Below are positions 11,641 through 21,114 of a stretch of 64,000 nt of DNA, one piece after another. Source of the stretch: Alphaproteobacteria bacterium (GTDB lineage Bacteria > Pseudomonadota > Alphaproteobacteria > UBA8317); NCBI GenBank assembly GCA_038131935.1, contig JAYPQH010000018.1:96001-160000 (forward strand), written 5' to 3'. Numbering within the stretch: the stretch's first letter is position 1; the number at the start of each line of letters is the position of its first letter. The notes beneath the pieces are model-generated. The model was not told the origin of the DNA. It was given only the letters and a program-made list of their open reading frames with translations, and searched no databases. Both the position numbers and the translations under genes were made by a program.

Positions 11641-12759
11641 ATGTTTGAGCATATGCCAAGATTTTTTATAAGCCCCCAGAAAATGTTTTTACATGTTTTG
11701 TTGATGGGTTTGATCATCAGCATGGGCGCCGTGACATGGGCCATGGCCAATACAGAACTCGGCATTACCATTACCAAAGAAGGAAATGGCGTGGTGGCGA
11801 AGACAGGCATGATGGTGGATGTTCATTATGTTGGCAGTTTGGAAGACGGAACCCAATTTGATAATTCACGTGATCGTGGAAGCCCTCTTCGCTTTGTGCT
11901 TGGTGAAGGCCAGGTTATACCTGGTTGGGAACAAGGCATCGAGGGCATGAAAGTAGGCGAACAGCGCACCCTTGTGATCCCTCCTCACTTGGCTTACGGC
12001 GCCCGCGGCGCTGGCAATGTTATACCACCCCAAGCTACACTCACATTTAAGGTTGAACTCATGGACGCTCGTTACCCCCCTACCGTTGATATCACCATTC
12101 AAAAACCAGGTGACGGAGCCCTCGCCGAGAATGGCAGCACGGTAGATGTGCATTATGTGGGCACCTTGGAAGATGGAACAGAGTTTGACAATTCGCGTAA
12201 GCGTGGCACCCCCATCAGTTTTGTGCTCGGTATGGGACAAGTTATTCCCGGATGGGAACAAGGTATCGAAGGGATGAAGGTTGGCGAGATGAGACGCTTG
12301 GTCATTCCATCTGAACTAGCTTATGGCGAAAATGGTGCGGGCGATTCAATTCCCCCCAATGCAACATTGATCTTTGATGTAGAATTGATGGCGGTAACCC
12401 AGCCAGCAAGATTGCAAAACCTTACAGGGGCCGAGTTGCTTGAGGCCCAGCGCGCCGGTGACGTCATTATTGACATCCGACGTGAAGAGGAGTGGCGTGA
12501 AACAGGGATCATTGAAGGTGCGCAAACCATAACAGCCTTTGATAAGGAAGGACGTTTGCAAACAGACTTCCGAGATGCATTTTTGAGCCTGATACCAACA
12601 AAAGACACAGCTTTTGTTTTGGTATGTCGCACAGGAAGCCGGACCGGCCGACTGGGCCAAGCATTGGCAGAACAATTGGGCTACAGCCAGGCAAAACATC
12701 TGCAAGGGGGCATTGTTGAATTTCAAAAAGAGGGCTTTGGTCTAAAAAAATATCCCTGA
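11641..12759 (+). CDS. Exported fusion of two tandem FKBP-type peptidyl-prolyl isomerase domains and a C-terminal rhodanese domain
   Basis: Two copies of VDVHYVG.LEDGT.FDNSR...GQVIPGWEQGIEGMKVGE...LAYG; then IIDIRREEEW and the CRTGSRT active-site loop; hydrophobic N-terminal signal; exact start uncertain. Confidence 0.9.
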   Translation: MFEHMPRFFISPQKMFLHVLLMGLIISMGAVTWAMANTELGITITKEGNGVVAKTGMMVDVHYVGSLEDGTQFDNSRDRGSPLRFVLGEGQVIPGWEQGIEGMKVGEQRTLVIPPHLAYGARGAGNVIPPQATLTFKVELMDARYPPTVDITIQKPGDGALAENGSTVDVHYVGTLEDGTEFDNSRKRGTPISFVLGMGQVIPGWEQGIEGMKVGEMRRLVIPSELAYGENGAGDSIPPNATLIFDVELMAVTQPARLQNLTGAELLEAQRAGDVIIDIRREEEWRETGIIEGAQTITAFDKEGRLQTDFRDAFLSLIPTKDTAFVLVCRTGSRTGRLGQALAEQLGYSQAKHLQGGIVEFQKEGFGLKKYP

Positions 12760-12854
12760 TTATGCCCACCAAAGCTGGACAAAATAAGAACTGATCTAAC
12801 TCAAACATCAAAGACGTAAGTCTTACCCACCTTATTGGCGTTGATGTGGAATGA

Positions 12855-13382
12855 ATGATGGGTAGAGTTTTTATTGGGATATTACTCATGGGAATATTGT
12901 CAGCTTGTTCACCCATGCGCGTGACGGATTTTTCCGGTCGCGGCGAAACATTTGATTTATTTGGATACTTTTCTGGAACAACCCATGGGTATGGGCTGTT
13001 CGAAGACCGCTTTGGCACCATCAAAAGACAGTTCAAAGTGGTCATAGAAGGCTCCATTGATGGTGACAAAATCACCCTTGATGAGGACTTTCTTTATGAT
13101 GATGGTGAAACCCAAAAACGCGTTTGGACCATCACCAGGCGTACAGATGGAAGCTATGAAGGACGTGCCGATGACGTCATTGGTGTCGCACGAGGAAAAG
13201 AGGCCGGGAATGCACTTAACTGGGCTTACACGTTGGCATTGCCAGTGGGGGGTCGGGTTTTTGAGGTACAATTTGATGATTGGATGCTCCGTCAACAAGA
13301 CGGCGTGGTGATCAATAGAGCCAAAGTCCGGAAATTTGGATTTGACGTCGGCTCGGTAACCTTGGCCTTCACCAAACCCTGA
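12855..13382 (+). CDS. DUF3833 family lipoprotein
   Basis: Lipobox LSAC; LDEDFLYDDGE.QKRVW, FDDWM, NRAKVRKFG. Confidence 0.85.
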   Translation: MMGRVFIGILLMGILSACSPMRVTDFSGRGETFDLFGYFSGTTHGYGLFEDRFGTIKRQFKVVIEGSIDGDKITLDEDFLYDDGETQKRVWTITRRTDGSYEGRADDVIGVARGKEAGNALNWAYTLALPVGGRVFEVQFDDWMLRQQDGVVINRAKVRKFGFDVGSVTLAFTKP

Positions 13383-13506
13383 TAGGATTGAAAACTGCTC
13401 TCCTCCTTTGGACGTAACCCAAAGGTTGATCTTCCCAATAACTGGGAAAATAAGAAACAAGATGCGTTTATGGTTGAATGTTTGGATGATGTAAGGAATG
13501 AAAAGC

Positions 13507-14229
13507 ATGTCAAAAGTTGCACTCGTCACAGGGGGAACGCGCGGAATCGGGGCTGCGATTTCACATTCTCTGAAACAAGCCGGCTATACTGTGGCTGCAA
13601 ATTACGCCGGAAATGAGCAGCGTGCAGCTGCCTTTACCGAAGAAACAGGGATCCCAGCCTTCAAATGGGATGTCTCTGACGAACAAGCTTGTCGGGCCGG
13701 CATCCAAGACGTCCAAGACCAACTGGGCCCTATTGCTGTTCTGGTGAACAATGCTGGCATCACCCGGGATGCAATGATGCACAAAATGACAGGTGATATG
13801 TGGCGGGAGGTTATCAATACCAACTTGAACTCGCTATTTTACATGACCCAACCAGTTCTTGAAGGCATGCGCCAGAATAACTTTGGGCGCGTCATTTCGA
13901 TTTCATCAATCAATGGTCAAAAGGGGCAAATGGGGCAAACCAATTACTCAGCAGCCAAAGCGGGTGTCATCGGTTTTACCAAAGCATTGGCCCAAGAAAC
14001 TGCCCGTAAAGGGATCACCGTTAATTGTATCGCACCTGGTTATATCGACACGGATATGGTGGCAGCCGTTCCTGAGAAAGTTCTCGAGAGCATTATCGGA
14101 GGTATTCCTGTAGGGCGTTTGGGCACCGCCGAAGAGATTGGTTCCATGGTCACCTACCTTGCATCAGATCAAGCAGGCTTCATCACAGGTGCAACCATGA
14201 CCGTTAACGGCGGACAATATATTGCCTAA
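13507..14229 (+). CDS. phbB: Acetoacetyl-CoA reductase
   Basis: VTGGTRGIG, NNAGITRD, SINGQKGQMGQTNYSAAKAG. Confidence 0.95.
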   Translation: MSKVALVTGGTRGIGAAISHSLKQAGYTVAANYAGNEQRAAAFTEETGIPAFKWDVSDEQACRAGIQDVQDQLGPIAVLVNNAGITRDAMMHKMTGDMWREVINTNLNSLFYMTQPVLEGMRQNNFGRVISISSINGQKGQMGQTNYSAAKAGVIGFTKALAQETARKGITVNCIAPGYIDTDMVAAVPEKVLESIIGGIPVGRLGTAEEIGSMVTYLASDQAGFITGATMTVNGGQYIA

Positions 14230-14287
14230 AGAGCATATTGACGCTTGCCAGAACGCATCCTGGCATCCATAAGCACAACCATTAGGG

Positions 14288-14313
14288 CCCCGCGTAACCC
14301 CGCGGGGTTTTTT
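14288..14313 (+). terminator. GC-rich hairpin with U-tract between phbB and typA
   Basis: CCCCGCG-taaccc-CGCGGGG followed by TTTTTT. Confidence 0.7.
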
Positions 14314-14339
14314 ATTGCTCATGTTTGAAAGATAGTATT

Positions 14340-16160
14340 ATGGCCGATTTAAGCCTCCGCAATATTGCGATCATCGCCCATGTTGACCATGGCAAAACCA
14401 CCCTTTGTGACGTTTTGCTCCGTCAATCTGGTACATTTCGTGACAACCAACAAGTAGAAGAGCGCGTGATGGATTCCAACGACCTCGAGCGCGAGCGTGG
14501 GATCACAATTCTTGCCAAATGTACCTCTGTGCTGTGGGAGAATGTGAGGGTTAACATCGTGGACACACCTGGGCACCAAGATTTTGGTGGCGAGGTCGAG
14601 CGAATTCTGACCATGGTGGATGGCGTGGTGTTGCTTGTGGATGCTGCAGAAGGCCCCTTGCCTCAGACCAAATTTGTTTTGGGCAAAGCGCTCAAGCTTG
14701 GGCTAAGACCTATTGTGTTGATCAACAAAGTTGACCGTCCCGATGCGCGCCCCGATGAAGTCTTGGATGAAATCTTTGACCTTTTTGTATCTCTGGATGC
14801 CAACGAAGATCAGCTTGAATTCCCAACCCTCTACGCTTCGGGCAAACAAGGATGGGCTGATCAAGAGCTCGAAGGGCCTCGTGAAAGCATGAAGCCCCTC
14901 ATGGATGTTATTATCCAGCATGTTCCCTCACCAAGCGTATCTGTGGATGGCCCTTTTAGGTTGCGGGCAACCATTTTGCAGGCGGACAATTTTTTAGGCC
15001 GAATGCTTACAGGCCGTATCGAACAAGGTGTTGTGAAAGCGGGAACCACCATCAAAGCATTAAGCAGAGATGGTGAACTCATTGAAAATTTCAGGATCTC
15101 AAAATTGCTAGCTTTTCGCGGCATTTCTCGAGAACCGGTTGAGCAAGCGCGTGCGGGCGATATCATCACCATTTCTGGAATGAGCAAAGCAACCGTGGCA
15201 GATACCCTCTGTGATCCTTCTGTAGATACCCCACTTGCATCACAGCCTATCGACCCCCCAACAATTGCCATCACGGTTTCAGTCAATGACTCACCGCTAG
15301 CAGGTAGAGACGGCTCAAAGGTACAAAGTCGCGTCATAAGGGAACGCTTAATGCAGGAAGCAGAGGGCAATGTCGCCATCCGCGTCCGCGAAACCGATGA
15401 CAAAGACGCGTTTGAGGTGGCGGGCCGAGGTGAACTGCAGATGGCCGTCTTGGTCGAAACCATGCGCCGGGAAGGCTTTGAACTCTCTATTTCCCGCCCG
15501 CGTGTTCTGTTCCAAGAGGTTGATGGCCAACGTATGGAGCCCATCGAAGAGGTCGTCATTGATCTTGATGAAGAGTTTTCAGGGACCGTCGTTGAAAAAA
15601 TGACCTTACGAAAAGCAGAACTACAAGACATGCGACCATCAGGTATCGGCAAACAACGCCTGACATTTTTGGCCCCGACAAGGGGTTTAACCGGGTATTT
15701 TGGCGAATTTTTAACCGACACCCGAGGTACAGGTCTTATGAACCGTCTGTTTCATGCCTACGCACCACATAAAGGGCCCATTCCAACAAGACATAATGGT
15801 GTTTTGGTGTCATTGGAACAAGGTGAGGCCGTTGCCTACGCCCTAGCAGCCCTTGAAGAGAGAGGCTTTCTCTTCATTGGTCCGAAAGAAATGGTATATC
15901 AAGGTATGGTGATAGGAGAGCATTCACGTGACAATGACCTCGATGTTAATCCTCTTAAATCCAAGCAACTCACCAATTTCAGGGCCTCTGGAAAAGATGA
16001 TTCCATTCGCTTAACCCCACCAGTGCGCCTCACATTAGAAAAAGCAATTTCCTATATTGCAGATGATGAATTGATGGAAGTTACCCCCAACCATATCCGT
16101 TTGCGCAAACGCTATCTGGATATTCATGAGCGCAAACGCCACGCAAAAAAAGCAGGCTGA
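14340..16160 (+). CDS. typA: Translational GTPase TypA/BipA
   Basis: [43 protein letters not shown]. Confidence 0.98.
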   Translation: MADLSLRNIAIIAHVDHGKTTLCDVLLRQSGTFRDNQQVEERVMDSNDLERERGITILAKCTSVLWENVRVNIVDTPGHQDFGGEVERILTMVDGVVLLVDAAEGPLPQTKFVLGKALKLGLRPIVLINKVDRPDARPDEVLDEIFDLFVSLDANEDQLEFPTLYASGKQGWADQELEGPRESMKPLMDVIIQHVPSPSVSVDGPFRLRATILQADNFLGRMLTGRIEQGVVKAGTTIKALSRDGELIENFRISKLLAFRGISREPVEQARAGDIITISGMSKATVADTLCDPSVDTPLASQPIDPPTIAITVSVNDSPLAGRDGSKVQSRVIRERLMQEAEGNVAIRVRETDDKDAFEVAGRGELQMAVLVETMRREGFELSISRPRVLFQEVDGQRMEPIEEVVIDLDEEFSGTVVEKMTLRKAELQDMRPSGIGKQRLTFLAPTRGLTGYFGEFLTDTRGTGLMNRLFHAYAPHKGPIPTRHNGVLVSLEQGEAVAYALAALEERGFLFIGPKEMVYQGMVIGEHSRDNDLDVNPLKSKQLTNFRASGKDDSIRLTPPVRLTLEKAISYIADDELMEVTPNHIRLRKRYLDIHERKRHAKKAG

Positions 16161-16378
16161 TATAAATGTGGATGGTTTTGGTTTGTGACATCAGCCATCT
16201 CCGCGCCAAGGGTTGTTAGGCCCTAAACAATAAGTGAGAGGGATAATGTTTCCCTCTTCTCGACTGAAGGGCCACGTCATCTTTTGCATAAATTTACTGT
16301 TTTTTGTTGATCTTCGGCATAACATCTGACGAGATGAGCCTTAACAATCAAACAACTGAGTGCAAGAGGGTAAAAGTA

Positions 16379-17422
16379 ATGAGCAACATGAATGATCGAC
16401 GGGGTTGGGTGGCCCAACGCGCTATGGATAACGCATGGTTATCCCAGACCAAAGAAGACATTATAGAACCAAGCTTAGAAATTGTTGATCCACATCATCA
16501 TCTCTGGGCCCGACCAGGCGGTGTCTACGAACTCGACCATCTATGGGATGACACCGAAAGCGGCCATCACGTGGTCCAAACCCTTTTCATTGAGTGCCGC
16601 GCTCAATATCACGAGGAAGGGCCCGAACATCTTCGCCCATTGGGGGAGACAGCTTATGTCCTTCCCATGATTGAAGCGTCTCGCAAAGAAACAAACAAAG
16701 CTCAAATCATGGGCATCGTGGGCCGTGTGGACCTTACCCATCCGTTATTTGATGAAGCTTTAGATGCCCATGTTGCCATGGCTGGCCCTTTGTTTAAGGG
16801 TATTCGCCAAGCACCAGCATTTGACCAACAGGATATGTCCGCCCTTGCAATACCTGGGCATGGGCCCGAAAACCTTTTGGGCAATGATGATTATCGCGCG
16901 GGGGTGGCAAGATTGGGTGAGCGTGGGCTTACATTCGATACTTGGCATTATCACACGCAAAACCACGCATTTAGGGACTTTGCTGAGGCTATCAAAGGAA
17001 CCCGTATGATACTCGATCATTTTGGAACACCTTTGGGTGTAGGTCGGTTCACAGGCAAGCGTGAGGAGGTGTTTGCCCAATGGAAAGATGATATCGCGGC
17101 GATCGCCGAACAGCCCCACGTCTTTGCCAAACTTGGAGGCTTGGCCATGATTGATAATGGATGGGGTTTTCATGAACGGGACAAACCCATTGGCTCAGAT
17201 GAGTTTGCTGAACTGATGGCACCTTGGTATTTGCACACGATCGACTGCTTTGGGCCAGAGCGCTGTATGTTTGAAAGCAACTTTCCTGTTGATCGCCCAT
17301 CTGTGGGTTATCACGTCCTTTACAATGCGTTCAAAAAACTTACCCAACATATGAGCAAAGACGATCGGGCCAACTTATTCTCAGGGACCGCACGTCATGT
17401 TTACTCTATTCCTAAGCCTTAA
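16379..17422 (+). CDS. Amidohydrolase family 2 protein (sugar-lactonase-like)
   Basis: IVDPHHHLW, LDHFGTP, FGPERCMFESNFPVD. Confidence 0.9.
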   Translation: MSNMNDRRGWVAQRAMDNAWLSQTKEDIIEPSLEIVDPHHHLWARPGGVYELDHLWDDTESGHHVVQTLFIECRAQYHEEGPEHLRPLGETAYVLPMIEASRKETNKAQIMGIVGRVDLTHPLFDEALDAHVAMAGPLFKGIRQAPAFDQQDMSALAIPGHGPENLLGNDDYRAGVARLGERGLTFDTWHYHTQNHAFRDFAEAIKGTRMILDHFGTPLGVGRFTGKREEVFAQWKDDIAAIAEQPHVFAKLGGLAMIDNGWGFHERDKPIGSDEFAELMAPWYLHTIDCFGPERCMFESNFPVDRPSVGYHVLYNAFKKLTQHMSKDDRANLFSGTARHVYSIPKP

Positions 17423-17425
17423 TAT

Positions 17426-17881
17426 TTACGACGAACCCCGTTGATATTTGATGAATGGGGTCAAGCTTGCCACTTGGTCGTAAAGCTTCCGGGCATCATG
17501 GTTGAAAGATTGAGTTAACCAATAAACATAAGGGCGCTTTTCTTCATCAGCGTCCTTATAAATTTGGGCAATAAGCGCTCTGCCTACGCCCTGCCCCCGA
17601 CAATGGGGTTGGACGAAGAGATCTTGCAGGTATGTCACATTTCCAGCATGCCAATTATGGGCATGAATAATAATATTTGCGATCCCCAACACCTCACCTT
17701 GTGTTTCGGCGATGAGGCCATAACGATCTATTTGATCAGGATCACAAAGCGCTTGAAAGCTCTTTTCTTGCACCTGCTCAGGTATTTTGGCTTCATAAAA
17801 TTCCAAATAGCCTTGGAATAATTCTTTCCAACTTACGTGATCTTCTTTGACCAACCTTCTGATATTGATTTTTTCTGTCAT
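17426..17881 (-). CDS. GNAT family N-acetyltransferase
   Basis: YLQDLFVQPHCRGQGVGRALI, YWLTQSFNHDARKLYD. Confidence 0.92.
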   Translation of the reverse strand: MTEKINIRRLVKEDHVSWKELFQGYLEFYEAKIPEQVQEKSFQALCDPDQIDRYGLIAETQGEVLGIANIIIHAHNWHAGNVTYLQDLFVQPHCRGQGVGRALIAQIYKDADEEKRPYVYWLTQSFNHDARKLYDQVASLTPFIKYQRGSS

Positions 17882-18055
17882 CACCTTCTTCCTGATTGGT
17901 GCCTCATGATGAGGATATCCAGCATACAATCCTCACCAGATAGCACAGTCTTAAGCCAACATGCCAATGTTATCGGCCTTAAATGCCTGGGCAAAACCAT
18001 CCGCCAGATTGCTTTGCGGCGACTGTGAAAAACCAATGGAAAGCGCCGAGGCTGC

Positions 18056-18121
18056 ATAATCGGGTATAATCGGGTAATTATTCCGGTTTACAATCCGGTA
18101 TAATCCGGTATATTTACGGGT
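18056..18121 (+). repeat. Six imperfect tandem copies of a 10-12 bp unit ending C(C/G)GGT, directly abutting the Fic start codon; probable operator/promoter
   Basis: ATAATCGGGT ATAATCGGGT AATTATTCCGGT TTACAATCCGGT ATAATCCGGT ATATTTACGGGT then ATG. Confidence 0.8.
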
Positions 18122-19192
18122 ATGATTCAGACCGAAACGATTCAGATCACGCCCGGATTACTGTCCCTTCTCTCCGAAATAGACGAATTTAAGGGCGCAT
18201 GGCGGGCTCTTGGAAACCTTGCGCCAGAGCGGCTGCAAGCCCTTCGCCATGTGGCAACGATCGAGAGCATCGGATCATCCACCCGCATCGAGGGCAGCAA
18301 GCTGTCAGATCGTGAGGTGGAAGAGCTGCTGGGCAAGCTGGACATCAAGAAATTCGATAGCCGTGACGAGCAGGAAGTCGCAGGCTATGCCGAGGTCATG
18401 GAAACCGTATTTCAGGCATGGCAAGACATTCCCATCACGGAAAACCATATCAAGCAGCTTCACCGCGACCTGCTGCGCTATAGCGCCAAAGACGAACGCC
18501 ACCGGGGCGAATACAAGACCGTGCGCAATGACGTGGGAGCCTTCGACGCATCCGGCAAAATGGTCGGGATCGTCTTTGAAACCGCCACCCCCTTCGATAC
18601 GCCGCAGTGCATGACGGAGCTGGTGCAATGGCTGAACGAGGCACGAGAGCTGAAGCGCCTGCATCCCCTGCTGATCGTCGCTGTCTTTACCGTGGTATTC
18701 CTTGAAATCCATCCCTTTCAGGATGGAAACGGACGCTTGAGCCGCGTCCTGACAACCCTGCTGCTGTTGCAGGCAGGTTATGCCTACGTCCCCTATTCAT
18801 CCCATGAGAGCGTGATCGAGCACAGCAAGGAAGCATACTATCTGGCCTTGCGCCAGACGCAAGCCAGCATCCGCAGCGATGCGCCAGACTGGCAGCCCTG
18901 GCTGCTGTTTTTCATGCGATCCTTGCAGCACCAGAAGCGCCGCCTGGCCGACAAGATCGAGCGCGAGGAACGCTCCCTTGCAGAATTGCCAATACTGGCC
19001 GTCATGATCCTGGACTATGCCCGCCAGCATGGCCGGGTGACCAACCGCGATATGGTGCGGGAGCATGGAGCCAGCCCGAACACCCTTAAAGCCACATTCC
19101 GCAGCCTGATGGACAAGGGAATGCTTGTCCGGCATGGCGCAGGCCGATCCATCTGGTATGGCCTGCCAATGGGGACAGGCAGAGACGAGTGA
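18122..19192 (+). CDS. Fic family protein with C-terminal winged-helix domain; GC-rich, horizontally acquired
   Basis: HPFQDGNGRLSR canonical Fic motif; SSTRIEG inhibitory helix; C-terminal VTNRDMVREHGASPNTLKATFRSL wHTH; GC clearly higher than the flanks. Confidence 0.95.
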   Translation: MIQTETIQITPGLLSLLSEIDEFKGAWRALGNLAPERLQALRHVATIESIGSSTRIEGSKLSDREVEELLGKLDIKKFDSRDEQEVAGYAEVMETVFQAWQDIPITENHIKQLHRDLLRYSAKDERHRGEYKTVRNDVGAFDASGKMVGIVFETATPFDTPQCMTELVQWLNEARELKRLHPLLIVAVFTVVFLEIHPFQDGNGRLSRVLTTLLLLQAGYAYVPYSSHESVIEHSKEAYYLALRQTQASIRSDAPDWQPWLLFFMRSLQHQKRRLADKIEREERSLAELPILAVMILDYARQHGRVTNRDMVREHGASPNTLKATFRSLMDKGMLVRHGAGRSIWYGLPMGTGRDE

Positions 19193-19202
19193 CGGGGTAC
19201 CC

Positions 19203-19304
19203 ATGAACGCCGTCGAGATTGGAGACACAATCTTGAGCCATTTTACCCGGTATGCGTTTGATCCCCTACAAAAGAAAATAGATAACTTCGCCTACTTTTT
19301 CTGA
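19203..19304 (+). pseudogene. Possible 5' stub of a YeeA/MmeI-like DNA methyltransferase
   Basis: Begins MNAVEI, which I recall as the N-terminus (MNAVEIEEAIS...) of this family; sequence turns AT-rich after about 6 codons. Confidence 0.4.
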
Positions 19305-19388
19305 ATTCTCATCTATCTTGAGCAATCTTCTCTTGTACTACAGCGCAAACAATGAAACCTTGTGAAGCGCAAACTGAAGGAGCCTTGC

Positions 19389-20357
19389 ATGACAAATTTT
19401 GACCCTTTTGATCTTACGGCCTTTCGCCCTAATCATTTTGGTTTTGGCGGGCTTGATAGGGCGGCACATTTGCGTGAACAAGAAAATTGGCTTGAGGCGC
19501 TTCAAGCGGACCCTACAACGCTCGTCGTTCCCCTCTGGCGATCGCGCAACCTGTTTGAAGATTTGGGCGACCAAGAACAAACACCTCCGAGGCCTGCTTA
19601 CATTCCAGCGGCCCGCGCTGGAGACATGCTGCGCCAAGGTCGTCATCATGCATTTTTAGGTTCTGCCACGGTTGGCAACAACTACCATCATAAGGTGATG
19701 GTGGATCTCACCCATTTAAGTGAAGAAGAAGCCTTAGCGCTCACATCTGAGTTTGGCCAATTTGGAGACTTACGGGAAATAGGCCCTTTGATAGGCGCCC
19801 ATGATGGATCCATTTTGGCCTATGCCAGAGGCCTTGCCTTTTGGCATCAGCGGCATCTTTTTTGTGGGGTTTGCGGCGCACCCACCTTGCCCACCAAGTC
19901 AGGCCACCAACGAAGCTGTAGTGGAACGACTTGTGGCAGCCCACATTTTCCACGCACGGATCCCGCTGTGATTATGCTGGTTACCGATGGTGACCGCGCA
20001 CTTTTGGGCCGTCAACCTATTTGGCCTCAGGGCATGTATTCAACCTTAGCAGGTTTCGTGGAGCCCGGCGAAACGCTTGAGCATGCTGTTGCACGCGAAG
20101 TGTTCGAAGAATCTGGCATCCAGGTTGGCAACGTAACCTATCATTCTTCACAACCATGGCCTTTTCCATCATCTTTGATGCTTGGCTTCTACGCTGAGGC
20201 GCGCAGCACAAAAATTACCATCGACGAGACAGAGGTTGAGGATGCCCAATGGTTCACGCGCGATGAATTGATGAATTTTGCAGATCAAGGCAAATATTTA
20301 CCACGCAAACTCTCTATTGCACGCCGCCTGATTAATGATTGGCTAGGGGTTAACTAG
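19389..20357 (+). CDS. nudC: NAD(H) pyrophosphatase
   Basis: FCGVCG Zn finger, FPRTDPAVI, GFVEPGETLEHAVAREVFEESG Nudix box, SQPWPFPSSLM. Confidence 0.96.
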   Translation: MTNFDPFDLTAFRPNHFGFGGLDRAAHLREQENWLEALQADPTTLVVPLWRSRNLFEDLGDQEQTPPRPAYIPAARAGDMLRQGRHHAFLGSATVGNNYHHKVMVDLTHLSEEEALALTSEFGQFGDLREIGPLIGAHDGSILAYARGLAFWHQRHLFCGVCGAPTLPTKSGHQRSCSGTTCGSPHFPRTDPAVIMLVTDGDRALLGRQPIWPQGMYSTLAGFVEPGETLEHAVAREVFEESGIQVGNVTYHSSQPWPFPSSLMLGFYAEARSTKITIDETEVEDAQWFTRDELMNFADQGKYLPRKLSIARRLINDWLGVN

Positions 20358-20460
20358 CTTTAGGATTTGATGTGACGCCTGCTATTTCCTGTATTTTCAT
20401 CTTGTATCCACCCAAGAACAAGTTAGGGTGGTTTATCACAAGAATATAGCGGAGGAACTC

Positions 20461-21114
20461 ATGCATATTGAACCGGGCATTGTCGTGGGTGGAAAGCTCA
20501 TGTTGGGATGGATAACAACAACCGGCTGCCTTGGGTGGTTTTGCCATAAATTTGTTACCCAAAGCTCTTTGCGCGACTTCACCGTATCGATTCTTAAATA
20601 TATAGCAGCAAGCATGATAGCGTTTTGCTGTTTTGTCCTCCTCCCTCACCCTTCTCTAGGCGTGTCAGAGGTTCATTTCATTCTTGCCACAACAATGTTT
20701 TTGTTTTTGGGTGCGTTGCCCACAGGACTTGGTTTGACGACAGCCTTAATTCTACAATCCGTTTTCATATCTCCTACTGACCTGCCACAATTGGGCATGA
20801 ACCTGACCACCTTATTGGCACCTTTATTGCTCATGGCCGGCCTTGCCAGATCGTTACGCACAAAAAGCCCCGCGCAATTACGTTACATTGAGATTTTGAA
20901 ACTGTCGGCAGCATATCAAGCTGGCATTGTTGGATGGGTAAGCTTTTGGGTCTTATGGGGACAAGGTTTTCATGTTGAAACATTCCAGCAACTTATGGTT
21001 TTTGCGCTAGGATATGCACCTTTGATGATCATGGAACCAATTTTGGACATGTTGGCCATCAAGGTTTGGAAGCCCAAAACCTTAGCCTTCCACACGCAGC
21101 CTTCTTACGCATAA
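20461..21114 (+). CDS. cbiM: Solitary CbiM-like cobalt/nickel ECF substrate component
   Basis: N-terminal MHIEPG metal-binding motif, GVSEVHFIL, GMNLTTLL. Confidence 0.8.
   Translation: MHIEPGIVVGGKLMLGWITTTGCLGWFCHKFVTQSSLRDFTVSILKYIAASMIAFCCFVLLPHPSLGVSEVHFILATTMFLFLGALPTGLGLTTALILQSVFISPTDLPQLGMNLTTLLAPLLLMAGLARSLRTKSPAQLRYIEILKLSAAYQAGIVGWVSFWVLWGQGFHVETFQQLMVFALGYAPLMIMEPILDMLAIKVWKPKTLAFHTQPSYA

Noticed and set aside
14861-15721. 286-aa antisense ORF within typA, and similar long antisense ORFs in metH, hipA and ispG
   Set aside because: Shadow ORFs of conserved genes caused by codon bias; no independent motifs or RBS.
18056-18121. Repeat array considered as a CRISPR array or replication iterons
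   Set aside because: Units are only 10-12 bp with no spacers, and there is no cas or rep gene; an operator/promoter explains them better.
20358-20460. Cobalamin riboswitch expected upstream of the cbiM-like gene
   Set aside because: The region is too short and lacks the GGGAA and GCCACTG B12-box elements.
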